64,000 nt of DNA from Paragordius varius (GCA_964247055.1 OZ176053.1:4774001-4838000); one strand, 5' to 3'. Shown: positions 1-38,180, counted from the stretch's first letter. The notes: generated by a model from the letters alone, not told the origin. Translations and numbers: made by a program.

Positions 1-690
1 TTATAAGTTTTTTATTCCACTGCCGTATGTACAGAATATCACCAATCGTATTGTTCACATTTTAAAGCAATTTGACATTGGAGTGGGGTTTAAACCAGGT
101 TTAAAATTAAAAACTTTTTTCTTAAATAAAAATAAATCTTAAAAATATTATCCAAGGGTGTTTAAAGTTCCATGCGAGTGTGGTAGGGTTTATATCGGCT
201 AAACCGCAAGGAAAGTTAAAACACGCCTGAATGAACACAAATATAACTTAAAAAATGGGGATTTTAAAAGTTGTATTGCATAACATTGTTGACCTTTGAC
301 AATGTTAGAATCATTAAAGATTCTCAAGGGAAACAACTTTAACCGAGAGCAATGACAAAGGATGAGTGATTTCTTGATGATTGATCCCTGAACTCTTTTG
401 TTTTCAGCTCAAAGTTGCTCCTTAAATTATTATTTTTTTCCCATTGGTAGTATCAACTTATGTCCGGTAAATTTAATAAATTCTTTGTTGTACATGGTTT
501 TAACCCTTCTCAGTGACAAAAGGTTTAACTTATTACTTAACATAAAAAAACAGCTATAAATATTTTAAAAAAAATTGTATATAAGGAACAACGATTGTTC
601 CCACATCCATTCTTATTCTTTTTAACGCTGAAGACGGACATCCTTTTTAGTGTCCGAAACCGTACACACCTATTATTTACTTATTTAATA
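1..690 (+). mobile_element. Penelope-like retroelement (PLE) remnant: 3' part with linker and GIY-YIG endonuclease, degenerate
   Basis: Frame from nt 2 reads YKFFIPLPYVQNITNRIVHILKQFDIGVGFKPGLKLK, resembling the PLE LPYV...FKP linker. About 155-290 reads GV(fs)KVPCECGRVYIG*TARKVKTRLNEHKYNLK, a GIY-YIG motif with stops and a frameshift. About 310-350 reads LESLKILKGNNFNRE, like the PLE C-terminal LEA.EI...NRD motif. Confidence 0.85.
628..665 (+). ncRNA. Hammerhead-ribozyme-like motif at the PLE 3' end (probably degenerate)
   Basis: CTGAAGA-C-GGACA-tcctttttag-TGTCC-GAAAC-CGTA matches the CUGANGA / stem II / GAAA / UH core. Stem I pairing is poor. Confidence 0.55.
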
Positions 691-1339
691 TGACACGTTT
701 TTAAATAATTTTATACTATTTACGTGTCGAAATGAATTATAATCTACATTTATTAAAAAATTCTAGTAGATTTATTAGTATAGGCTATAAATTGTGCTTC
801 CTTTTAAGTACAATCAAAACTCTTTTTTTGCGGTTCCAACCCACAATAAAGTATAATTTGAAATCAATTTTTTAGTCGGCATAAAATGTAAAAAAACATT
901 TTGGCGAAAAGAAAATATTCCACAATAACTCTAAGCAAAAACAGCCAAGCTACTTTAAAAACACGTCTACGAAATTGTTATTTTTTTCACCGATGTTTTT
1001 CAAAGGTTATTATAAAAGATATTTATCATTTTAATTTTTGATATAAATGCTGAAAAAATGGTCATAAGATTTTTCCCAATAACCAATAATAAGCACAACC
1101 ATGCAAAGATACATTTGCACAATGAGGTAACAAAAGAATCAATTAACAAAAAAGTCCCACAAAAATAGTTTGACATTACATAAGACTAGAATTTTTTGAT
1201 TAATATTACTAAACTAACTGTAATATTTTTGAAATTTAGTTCAAACCATATATAACAAAATATAATCTAAATACGTGCGTTTTTGTTTCCACAAAAAGTA
1301 TCAAACATATAAATTTATAATTTTTATAATAATATATAC

Positions 1340-4300
1340 CTTAAGATCCGAATTTTGTTTTGTTATATCTAATTGGAGATTGGCTATTTCATTGTGCACA
1401 TATTTTTTTAGATCCTCAAAATATTGATTCATATTATTATGACCAGAATCTTCATCTTGATTCATGATATCAGATTTTGCCCAAATATCCCGTGAAGCCG
1501 CGGTTAAATTTATATCATCTCCGGCACCCGAAAAATAATTTACAATATTTTCCAAAAAATTTACATCAAGGTTCAATGGATCAATTTGGGTTACTATATC
1601 ATTCCCTTTTTTGGGGTTGTCATGGTTATTGGTATTATCACAAACAGGACTGAAATCATTAATATCAATTAAATTAGTGTTGTCTGACATTGAATTTTCA
1701 TTGAGAATGTCTTTTGGTGGTGGTATTGAATTAACGGAAATATTTTGTGTCTCAGTCATACTGATATTCATATTAGTCGTAGGTTGAATACATAAATGGT
1801 TCATCAAATCAAAATTGTTTTGTTGAGGTGGTTCAAATAAAAAATCGGTAGTACCGAAACTCAGAGGTAATGGTTTCTAAAACAATATAGTTACTTATTT
1901 TACAGTTAAAAATAAGAATGTATTGTAAACATCTCGTTTACAAGAAGCATAAACAATTTAGTTTTTTAGTATTATATATATGTCGTAAAAACAATGTGTC
2001 ATGTTCACTTAATGAAAGCATTGAGCTATTTACTTTATGAATAATAATTGACATTTTATTCTATTGATCACAGATTAACACTATAAAACTGTTGTTGAAA
2101 TATAAAATATGATAAGGCTATTTTTAGATAGTCGCCGTTTTTAGTCTCAGTTTTCTGTTATGTTATAAAATGGTTTCAAGTTTGGTTTTATTTCTTAATG
2201 TGTAAATTACAAAAATTTATTGCGCGCTACTTTTTTCTAGAAAACCTAAAAAAGATATTCATATCTAAATAAATTAAAGATTTGTCAAAAATAAAAATAT
2301 CAAAAATATAAAATATTTTACGATTTTAAAATGTTCCCACTTCGAAAACAGCTAATGGTTCCAGCTCCAAAACCCGATTCAGATAGAAAATTTACAGGTT
2401 TATTTTAAAAAAAATAAACATTACATTTTTTATAAAAATCATTGCTCATTTAGAAAAAAAATGTTTAACGTTATTAAAATCAATATTTATAACAAATAAG
2501 ATATATTCATCAAAACTTTGTATTTAACCTCTGTTTCCATAAAACTGATCCCTAAAAATTTGTGGGCTTTAAGATCAAGAGAAGAATTTGCGGAAGATAG
2601 ATATAAGTCAATTATTTTGATCGGTGTTCGATAATTGCGCATATCATAAACGAGAACATAATGAAAATTATTGATATCTTTTTGAGTTGAGGCTAATATG
2701 ATAAGTGTGAAAGCATCTATGCTAAGTCCAAAATCCTTATGGATATAACCAGTTTCAAATTCACATATTTTTCTATGTTAGTTAAAATATTAATCATAGT
2801 AATTTGTGCAAACAAAATTTGAAAATTTTGTGTTCAGAAAAAGAATATACTCAATATTTATGATCAAAGCAAAATATAAAATCTGCCTAGTTTTATAAAC
2901 ACAAGATTGGTTTATTATCACAAAATTTACAAGGTAATGATGCCAGTATATAAAAAATTATCTTGTAATATACAGTAAGATATTTAAATGATTATTGCGA
3001 AAAAACAAATGAATATCCAAATGAAAAAAAATGAGCAGTACATGGTTAAAAATTATGTTAAATGTGAGGTAATACAACACATATACACCATATACGACCC
3101 TTAATAAATTTTCTGTTGTATCTACCGTACATTTAACATATTTTTTCTAATCATGTGCTAATCACCTTTTTATTTGGATATTCATTTGTTTTTTTCGTGA
3201 TAATCTTTTATTAATCGTACTGTATAATAATGTATTTATATCATGGTTAAAGCGGTTAAATTTTTTTAAAAAAAAACCGGGTTTGGAACTACACCGACTC
3301 TGTTTACGAAATCGTTTTTACGCTTAATAACGTAGCTAAATACGATGGTAACATAAACTCTCCCGTTATAGACAAATGTAATTATTTTTACATGGAGCTT
3401 TTAAATATGGGCAAGTTAATTTTTTAACCATAACAACAGTAATAATTTTACAGTTATTCTCATTTCAAATATCAATATTGACTAAAAGCTTGAGAAATCT
3501 ATCACATATAAGCAGCTACATAGCTGATTTTTTCCATATATACCATTTACAATTCATATTCACCCTATAAATAAATTATGTGTTGTCGGGCTAATATAAC
3601 TCATAATGAACATAAGTTATATCTAATGGCTTAGTTTATTATTTTTTTAGTATTTTAAATTTGAACAAAATTTCATTTTGTTTAAAATTAAAATAATATA
3701 AGTAATTCTTAATCTTAAAAAAGACATATTTCATTTCAGGGTGAATTTGAATTATTCAAGGATAATTTAAATTGTTCAAGGGTGAAATTGAAGTGTAAAT
3801 GGTTGATATTAACTATATTAACTAAAAAAATATTAATCGCATATATGGTATATTTGGTTTTATGTAAAATAGTCTCAATGATTATTTTAAGATTGTTTTA
3901 AAAATTTCTCTCCAAAATCATACAACTTAATTTATGAAAAAAATACTTGTTATGGACAACATCAAAACACATCACCTCTCTGTAGGTCAAAGCTAGTAAT
4001 AAAAAGATATTTTTGGGAGAAAATATAATTTTTATTACACCATCCATGGAAAATGTATACGATACTTTATAATCATAGTTATTTTTGAAGGTAAATATTG
4101 CGATTGAACATTTGGAATTTTCGTCATTAAGCAAAACGGCAAATTTATTATCATATTTATGGAATATTATATCTTTAATATGCTAAAATTATGATTCGAA
4201 TATACTTTATTTCTATTTTCATCAAATATTTTGATATTCTTTATTTTTGCATCCCCGTACACTGCAATATAATATTCATATAAAACGAATATGAATGATT

Positions 4301-4749
4301 TGTGTGGGAAGATATTTATTGGAGTAGAATCAAACTGATCTATATATTTAATTATTTTACCAAATGAGTTTTTTGCACATTCAGAGATTTATCATATATA
4401 ATTATCTTATCTTTGCCCTTAACAAAAATTTTAATATCTTCAAAACATAAAATTTTAAGATCAATAATCTATTTTATATAATAATGTTAACCTCATATGA
4501 TATCTCCTTTTCATTAACGCCATGGCCTAATAGGTCCAGTATATAGATTTTATTGTTCGCTGATGCAACTTATCATTAAAATATAAAACAAATACCAACG
4601 ATTCCATCGCAAACATCATAAGCTTTTATGTCATGCTTATCACTTAAATTTTTGTAAAATAGGCTATTTTCTTTAAGAACCGTTTGTATAACAAAACCAT
4701 TATTTGTAAAACAACAAAAATTATTTTGAATATTTTGAATTTGTTCCAT
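1340..4749 (-). CDS. NEDD1: NEDD1 (GCP-WD)-like gamma-tubulin ring complex targeting protein, divergent; final exon not located
   Basis: Exons 4596-4749, 4492-4568, 4361-4468, 4206-4334, 3947-4182, 2529-2772 and 1340-1876 join in frame through GT-AG introns (495 codons). WD-like segments IIFSPKNIFLLLALTYREVMCFDVVHNKK and YVLVYDMRNYRTPIKII resemble human ICFSPVNELLF..YDTSSKK and IYQYDLRMLKSPVKTI. C-terminal DLKKYVHNEIANLQLDITKQ resembles the NEDD1 helix DFREACHRDIVNLQVEMIKQ (human sequence recalled, not searched). Confidence 0.72.
2973..3222. mobile_element. Foldback MITE, TA-flanked with CAGT ends (Tc1/mariner-like)
   Basis: TA-CAGTA...TACTG-TA ends. Inverted arms of ~110 bp include the perfect pair AAAAACAAATGAATATCCAAAT (3001-3022) / ATTTGGATATTCATTTGTTTTT (~3172-3193). 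Confidence 0.75.
3541..3803. mobile_element. MITE family A, copy 1
   Basis: Begins TACCATTTACAATTC and ends GTGTAAATGGT. Carries subterminal AATTCACCCT/AGGGTGAATT repeats and an internal AAATTATGTGTT..CG.GCTAATATAACT shared with the copies at ~6.6, 13.5 and 31.1 kb. Confidence 0.8.
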
Positions 4750-4795
4750 TTAGCGCCACATACGTTTTCGGTGTGTTCGGTTTTACTTATTTGAA

Positions 4796-7700
4796 ATGAG
4801 TCCAGCCCTAATAATTAGAAACGAGGGTTACATCACCAATTTACAAAATATTTTAACCGATAAAAACGATTTTAAATGTAATTTACTCCAATCATATCTT
4901 AAAAATTTGTTGAAATGTGAGACTGTACATGTTGAAAAAATATTAGACACTCTACTATCCAGTTTGGTATCAGGAAAGGTATATAAATCATATATATTAG
5001 GTTGAAAATTACGAAACACATAGAATATTTATTATAATCAATTTTTTTACTGAATACTATTTTCAAATTATCCAACGCAAAAATATTTCTAAATTATTTA
5101 TTACATTACTGTCAAAGATGGGACTCTCTTCCCTTTACAAAACGAAAATTTCCTATTTATTAATTAAATGTCACCGCCATAACATATCAAAATTTATTAA
5201 ATGCATTGTGAATGAAATTAACCATTTTACCTCACAATATTTTTTGTCAACTGAAAATATACTGGCCTTATCAACGGACACCGAATTGCTTAATTTTGAT
5301 TCCATAAAATCCATATATAAAGATGGGGAAGAATATTTAAACATAAATATAATTGGTGATAGAATCGATACTTTTGTAATCCTTTTATCCGCCTGTTTAA
5401 AGTATACTTATTTTGTTTATTCATTATGTATATTATAATTCTGGGAATTTGTGTTTGCAAGATTATTTTTTTTACAAGATAGAGCAGTGGTACTCACGAA
5501 AAATTTGTAAAGGGCCACAAAACAGAATTATCTTGCTTCAAGTATACCATATAATACCGATAAAAATGTCATAGCTGTTTGACACATTTCCAGTTATTTT
5601 TACTCAAAATAAATACATCATAAAATTAAATAAATAATTCAGGACCATAAAAAACATTTTTAGGGCTGCATGTGGCCCGTGAATTGCGGTTTGAGTACCA
5701 TTGAGATAAAGTCCACTTTTTGTGTGAAAAACACGGATTGTCTAATGAAATTGCACCAAAAATATTTTATTTTCCTTTTTTTATTGGTTTTAAATACATA
5801 AATTTATTTTGCAAAAAAAAACTAAACCAATTAGTAAAAATGTGAAATACCATGTTGACACTAAAAACGTTTCATTTACAAATTTTTTTTATCAATCAGG
5901 TCTGTCCTAATTACAATGGTACGGATTATCCAAATTAAATTCTATTATTTTTTAACCAATTTGGCAGCTAAATTTATTACGATACTGTTTTTATATGTTA
6001 AATTTAGTTATGTAATTTGAGCTAAAAAATTGAATTTATATATGGTTACAAAATATTATTCCACAATAAAATACAAAATTACAAATGGCTAACTATTACA
6101 AAAAGAAAGAAAAAATTTTTATTGCATTTGCAAAATTTTTGATTGAAATTTGGTTTTACAATGGGAAAATTGAATGTTTTGATTTTTTTTAATTTTTTTC
6201 CTTAACACATACCATTTACTTTAAGACTATTCTTAAACCTATTTTAAAATTTTTACGTATTCTTTTTATTCAACCTAAACCTTTAAGTCAATATTTTTTT
6301 CATTCAGAAACCGTATATCTTTATTATTTTCTTAAAAAATATTATAATATTAATAAGATTTTAACACCTAATTATAATTTAACTTTAATGAGTTAATTGC
6401 ACGTTACAAACATTTATAAGTTAACAATATTGTTTGGGAAAAAATTGGTTCCAAACAAAAAAGTAGCTTTAGAATAGAAAATATTAATTCAAATTGAAAC
6501 AATAATGATAAATAAAAAAATATATGCAAAATTAAAGTTAAATCCAAACTTAAAAAGTGTAAGGACCAAATTGAAATGTTCAAACAAAGACTAACGTGTT
6601 CAACAACACTTTAAAAGTTCAAATTCTATACCTTTTAGAGTTCAAATTCACTTTAAAAATAAATTATGTGTTTTCGAACTAATATAACTCATTATTAATT
6701 GATATATATTGTTATGGCATAGATTATTATTTTTTCAGTATAATTTTAATTTAAAACAAATTTTTTATTTTTTAAATATATAAATATAGGTATTTTTTAA
6801 TCTTCAAAAGCATATATTATATTGGGTGAATTGAATTGTTCGAGGGTGAATTTGAATTGTTTAAGGGTGAATTCGAATTGTAAATGGTATATATATTCTT
6901 TTTACAGAGGGATGGATGATGAATACATTGAAATACCAATAAATGAAATAAACACAATTTTCACTATGCTCATACATTATTCAGTTGGAAATCTGCTCAA
7001 ATATATGGATGCTAATAATACATCTCTCCCCTTGTATCCCAAAAAATACTCAACCCTAATGTCAAATGGTCGATGTGATGCGTTAGAATTAATGTGTGAC
7101 GATGATTTCAGTCAAATCAATTATATTTTACCATCGATTGTACCATTGCTTTTTCCCCTTTCACTTTCTGTGATTGAAATGTAATTAATTCATTAAATTT
7201 GGGAAAAAATATATTTTTTCAGTAATTTTTTACCTTTATTATTTTTTTTTTAAAACCTTTGATTAGATCAAGGTCGAACATTATACCGTATTTAAAAACG
7301 TATCAGAATTACAATGTAGTCGCTTTAAACATTGCAAATACCACCTATTCAATACACTTGTTAAAATCGTATCTCAATCTTTCCGACAATACGCAATATC
7401 AAAATCTCATGAATCGCAAAATGGATGAACAAAAGATCAAATATAACCAAGTATGTCAGCGAAAAACTTTTGAATTTCACTCACAACTTTTGAAATATCT
7501 TTGCGATTATACCGTATTGATTGGAAATCAATGGAATTTGCAAGCAAACGAAATTAATACATTCATACATTATGTTGAAACTGTCAATAATTCAATAATC
7601 GTTCCAATATTATCAGAAAGTATTTTAAATGAGAATCGCATTGATACACACTCAGTTTTAACCACTAATTTTGATGAAAAGTATAATATTATGCAGTGTT

Positions 7701-8140
7701 GGTATAACCTGGTAAATGCTTTATGCTCAAACTTTAATATCGTCACCAAACATCACCAACCAATAATACCGGTAACATATATAATTTTTTATAGTTTTCT
7801 TTTATATTTATTATATGTTATTAAATAATTGGTAAAATACTTGAAATTTTTATAACACATATTTGTTTAAAAATAAAATTCAAAATTATATTAGATTTTA
7901 TTATTCAATTCAATCCTTTGATTTCTTAATTAACATTAGATGATGCTGAAAATGCTCTTTACACCGATTCACAAAGATTATATCTGTCATCATATTGGGA
8001 GGGCCGATATTAAAATATTAATCTTAACGTGTCAACTTTCATTTTTAAGGTATCATGGCCATTATACACATCCCCATATTAGAACGTCCATATTTTCTCA
8101 ACTAATGAAATTAAATTCTTGTACTGATATACAGGTATAA
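4796..8140 (+). CDS. Unidentified protein, ~520 aa, probably helical
   Basis: Exons 4796-4978, 5001-5401, 6908-7180, 7267-7771 and 7940-8140 join in frame through GT-AG introns (1563 nt) and link five separate ORF-track ORFs. No recognisable motif. The 3' end could alternatively splice at CAG|GTATAA (8134/8135). Confidence 0.7.
5485..5703. mobile_element. hAT-like MITE
   Basis: TIRs CAGTGGTACTCA / TGAGTACCATTG. The 8-bp flanks AGATAGAG (5477-5484) and AGATAAAG (5704-5711) match 7/8, consistent with a hAT TSD. A related copy lies inverted at ~36604-36800. Confidence 0.8.
6629..6889. mobile_element. MITE family A, copy 2
   Basis: The right end has three GGGTGAATT..AATTGT repeats followed by TGTAAATGGTA. 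The left end is degenerate. Confidence 0.75.
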
Positions 8141-8405
8141 TTTTAATCATACGTATTTAAATATTTAAATAACATAAAACTTTTTTTTAAAATATTATTT
8201 TTTAATATAATACCCATTATTATCAAAGGTAAAATTAACAATTATTTTTAACATTATATATTTAATTTCCATATAAAAAGAAAATATTTCCATTTAATAA
8301 TACTTTAAGACAGGTTAAAATGTAAATCTCACCTAAAATAACATACCCATTATTTATTTATAACATAGTTAAAACGTTTCTTAATGCATATATAGTTTTT
8401 TTCTT

Positions 8406-9702
8406 TCATTCTGAATCTGGTGTGCTTGGTTTTTGAGTAATTTTAACTTTAAAATGCGGTTTTGGTGAATGAGGTTGAGGACTGACACTTGCTGCGCGGG
8501 AAAAACTTTCAGTTGCTAGCTGCAATTCCTCCTTCAATCTTTTGTAATCATCCATTTTTTCTTCCAACCGTTCTTTGAGAATCTATTATCCGAGTAAAAT
8601 TGTTTAGATATAATATAGAATTTTCCACTCTAACGTGACTATAAAATATAAAAGGTTAGATTGCTATAATTTAGTGCGCCGGTGTCATTTATTTTTTTTA
8701 TCAGAATTTATATAAGTTTATTGCAGTTATTCTGGTGGTAATAGTGTGATGCAATATTAATTTCCAAAATTTGAAAATTATAATTCAAAATGTTTTAGTT
8801 TTATTATTAAGTTGTATGTTGTGGGTTGTTTAAAATATAATGTTGGTGACACATAATGTGCGTTTTATCAAATTATTTCTGTTATTTATAAAAGATTTTA
8901 TGTTTTGAAAAATACCTATAATACGTATTTAATCTGTTTTAGCATATCGGAAGTAATATATTATAGGGTGCCATTTCTAAAAAAATGGTTTTCGCATACC
9001 ATTTGTTGAAACAATCCATTAAATTTACATCAATTTTTTCCACTATTTTAATCCGATCATTCTTTTACTTTGTATTAATATATATATCACAACAACTACT
9101 TTGGGTAATTAAGAATCATTAATCTTTAAAAAGAGCTATCTTAATATTTGTTTTTTTATCAATTCAAAAATTTAATTTTATTGATATAATGTAACACAAT
9201 TTATTACCTCGTTTTCACGTTGCATACGATCCATTAAACTTTTCTTTTGCATTAGTTCGGTGTTTAATGTATCCGTATACGTTGATGTTTTATCTTTTTC
9301 GCTCATGGCAAGGGCTAAAGTTAATTCCTTATTCTCTTTAAGCATTTGCGTTAATTCTTGCTTTAGTGTTTGAACTTCATGTTCTAACATGGATGTTTTT
9401 TCACTAATCGATGTCCGATCCATTTCATATGTTTTTACTACAGTTTGAAGGGCTTCTTTTTCCCGCGACAATTCAGTATATTTGGCTTTGAGACTTTCAT
9501 TTTCACGAATAAGGTATTCAATTGCTTTCTTATTATCATTATTGTTACCAATAGATTCTTCCCTCTCGTTTGCTTTGGGTGTCTTATCATTTTTTTCTGG
9601 GTTTGTGGGAAATCCAGTTATTTGTAACTTTATAACATGATATTGTGGTGTTTGTTTAATATCTTTATTAATGAATGGCGGCGTACTGGATGTTGTATTC
9701 AT
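8406..9702 (-). CDS. Coiled-coil protein, 223 aa, unidentified
   Basis: Exons 9208-9702 and 8406-8582 join in phase 0 (..MQRENE|ILKERLEEKMDDYKRLKEEL..PDSE*). The sequence is rich in E/K/L heptads. An in-frame TAA lies immediately before the ATG. Confidence 0.75.
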
Positions 9703-10347
9703 TTATTGTGAGAAATTTTGTGGACAGCAAAAATATAATTTTATAAGATTGGGATCAAATTATCAACAATTAGAAATTGATATCTTAATATTTATTCTTT
9801 ATTGTTGTTTCATTGATTAAATTGATTGTTGGTAATAAAAGATTGATTTATACACGATTTTTGTTAATATTAAACATTGATATAATACGAATTCCCTTTT
9901 TTTCAATTATAGCAACCAAAATTATAATTTATTGAATCTGTGCAATGGCCAACGTTTCTCATTTAATTTGCTAGTTAATTTATATTTTATCGTGATTAGC
10001 CATAGTATTTTCAATCCATTAACTACTTTTTGTTTGTTACAAATCATTACGAGTTTTTAAGCCTACCAAATATAGATATAAAGATCTTATCAAAGGACAC
10101 TAGAGAGATACATTGGCATTACTAATTCCTTTTTTTCAATTTTGATATATTTCGTTTAACGTACAAATTTGTTAGACTATTAATCTAGTAAAAATCAATT
10201 TAAAAATGTACGAATATATAATGTATCAGTAAAAATCGAATAAATTAATTCTTATTTAATCAAAGTTTCGCACAATCAATGAAATACTCTATTTTTCTGA
10301 AAAATTGATTCTTTTTACTTAATTTATGTGAATGTCAACATTTATAG

Positions 10348-10776
10348 CTAAAACAGTTTGTAAATCAATCGATAAAAGAATTGGATAATGGTGCGCATCC
10401 AAAAATAATTTGTTATCCGCAAACACAACAGTACCAAAACCTTTGTTGCAATGTTGAAGGAAACGCTTTTGTTAACACCAATACATCAGAAGGTTATTTT
10501 AATGACAAAGTCAACATGATTGTTAATAATGCGTCCACTGAGAATTCCTACTCTGACAACAATAGTGATATAGATGATGAAAAAACAGTTAGCAAAGTTT
10601 CATTAACTGATTACCAATCGGATAATTTAGCAGTTTCAAAAACATTAAACATAACGCTTGACATGAATAATACAAAGTTAAATAACATGGAAATTACAAT
10701 GGGACAGAATAGTAAAATGGAGGACGAAAATAATGTCACTAACACTATGAAGCCAAAGGATGAGATGGTGATTTGA
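10348..10776 (+). CDS. Probable terminal exon of an unidentified gene (N/D/S/T-rich); upstream exons unresolved
   Basis: TTATAG acceptor is followed by the open frame LKQFVNQSIKELDNGAHPK...KDEMVI*. Its composition resembles the low-complexity coding exons of neighbouring genes. Confidence 0.5.
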   Translation, partial: LKQFVNQSIKELDNGAHPKIICYPQTQQYQNLCCNVEGNAFVNTNTSEGYFNDKVNMIVNNASTENSYSDNNSDIDDEKTVSKVSLTDYQSDNLAVSKTLNITLDMNNTKLNNMEITMGQNSKMEDENNVTNTMKPKDEMVI

Positions 10777-11329
10777 TAATTTATAAAAGTTACATGTGTT
10801 TTCAAATTTTTTGGTTGTTTTACCAAAGTTTTTTACCATTTTTATTGTATAGAAAAGTTTGCAGACGCCTAGACACATTCAAATAACTCCTGATGTCCAA
10901 CGAATTTTAGACACTATAGTATTTGAATAGGAAATCTGATAGTACACCATATATATTGAGCATAATAATGCAAGTTAACTATTTTATTTATATGTCATGG
11001 TGTATGCAACAAATTGCAATATCAATAATTTACATAACCAATTTTTTATATAATAAATAAGCTTTATATAATATTGATATGATATAATTAAATTAACCAA
11101 ATTTAGTCGAAATAGATGAGTTATTAAATAAAATAAAGGTAGACAATGAAATTTTTAGTATAGATAAATAATTTAAAATATAAGAATATTGATAAGTAAA
11201 ATTAAATTATAATTCAATTTTGATAAAATTGCAGTTATGGGGGCCTATATACAATTGATTTGAGCCATTTTTACAAATTAAAGGGCATGAATTTGTAGAA
11301 AATGTATGCGCACATAAAGCACAATATAA

Positions 11330-37543
<26,214 letters not shown>

Positions 37544-37689
37544 AAATGTAATATAATAAATGCATTTTTATGTGGTTTATCGCATATTTTTTGAAATATT
37601 AATTTTATTTAGGCCTGAGGTTATACCCCAATTTTAATCAAAAGGACCGATATCATAATTGTTGAAAAGTAATTGGTTTTGGAGATACA

Positions 37690-38180
37690 TTTCTTTGCAT
37701 GGGTTATATGTTTTGATTGTTGAAAAATAATGGTTGATTGTTGGATATATATTTATTGCGTGGGTAATATTATTTGATTTTTTGATGGTTGATTTTAAAT
37801 GTTATGGATGATCGTTGAAATACTTTTATTGCCTGGGTATTTTAATTCTTAATGAGTGATGGTTGTGTTGTAAAATGTTATGGTCGATTATGGAAAATAC
37901 TTTTATTGCATAGGTCATAAATTATGATTGTTAAAAAGTGATGGTCGATTTTTTATTGCCTGGGTAATATTTTGTCATTGTTGAAGAATGATGGTTGAAT
38001 ATTAAAATGTTTTCGATGATTGTTGAAAATTATTGCATTGGTATTATTTTTAAATGTTAAAAAGTGATGTTGTTGGAAATACTGTTATTGCATGGGTAAT
38101 ATTTTTTGATTGTTGAAAAATGATGATCTGTTACAAAGTTATGGTTGATTTTGGGAATACTTTTATTGCATGGGTAATAT
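37690..38180. repeat. Degenerate monomers of the 82-bp satellite
   Basis: TTGCATGGGT.AT.T.TT.TGATTGTT..AAA..GATGGT motifs recur about every 80 bp. Confidence 0.7.

Noticed and set aside
395-430. Minus-strand EQL*AENKRVQ as the missing NEDD1 terminal exon
   Set aside because: It contains a stop codon and directly adjoins the Penelope coding remnant on the other strand; likely coincidence.
2851-2945. Possible extra NEDD1 exon (..QILYFALIINIE|)
   Set aside because: A direct phase-2 join of 3947 to 2772 gives FDVVHNK|KICEF, which fits the NEDD1 pattern better.
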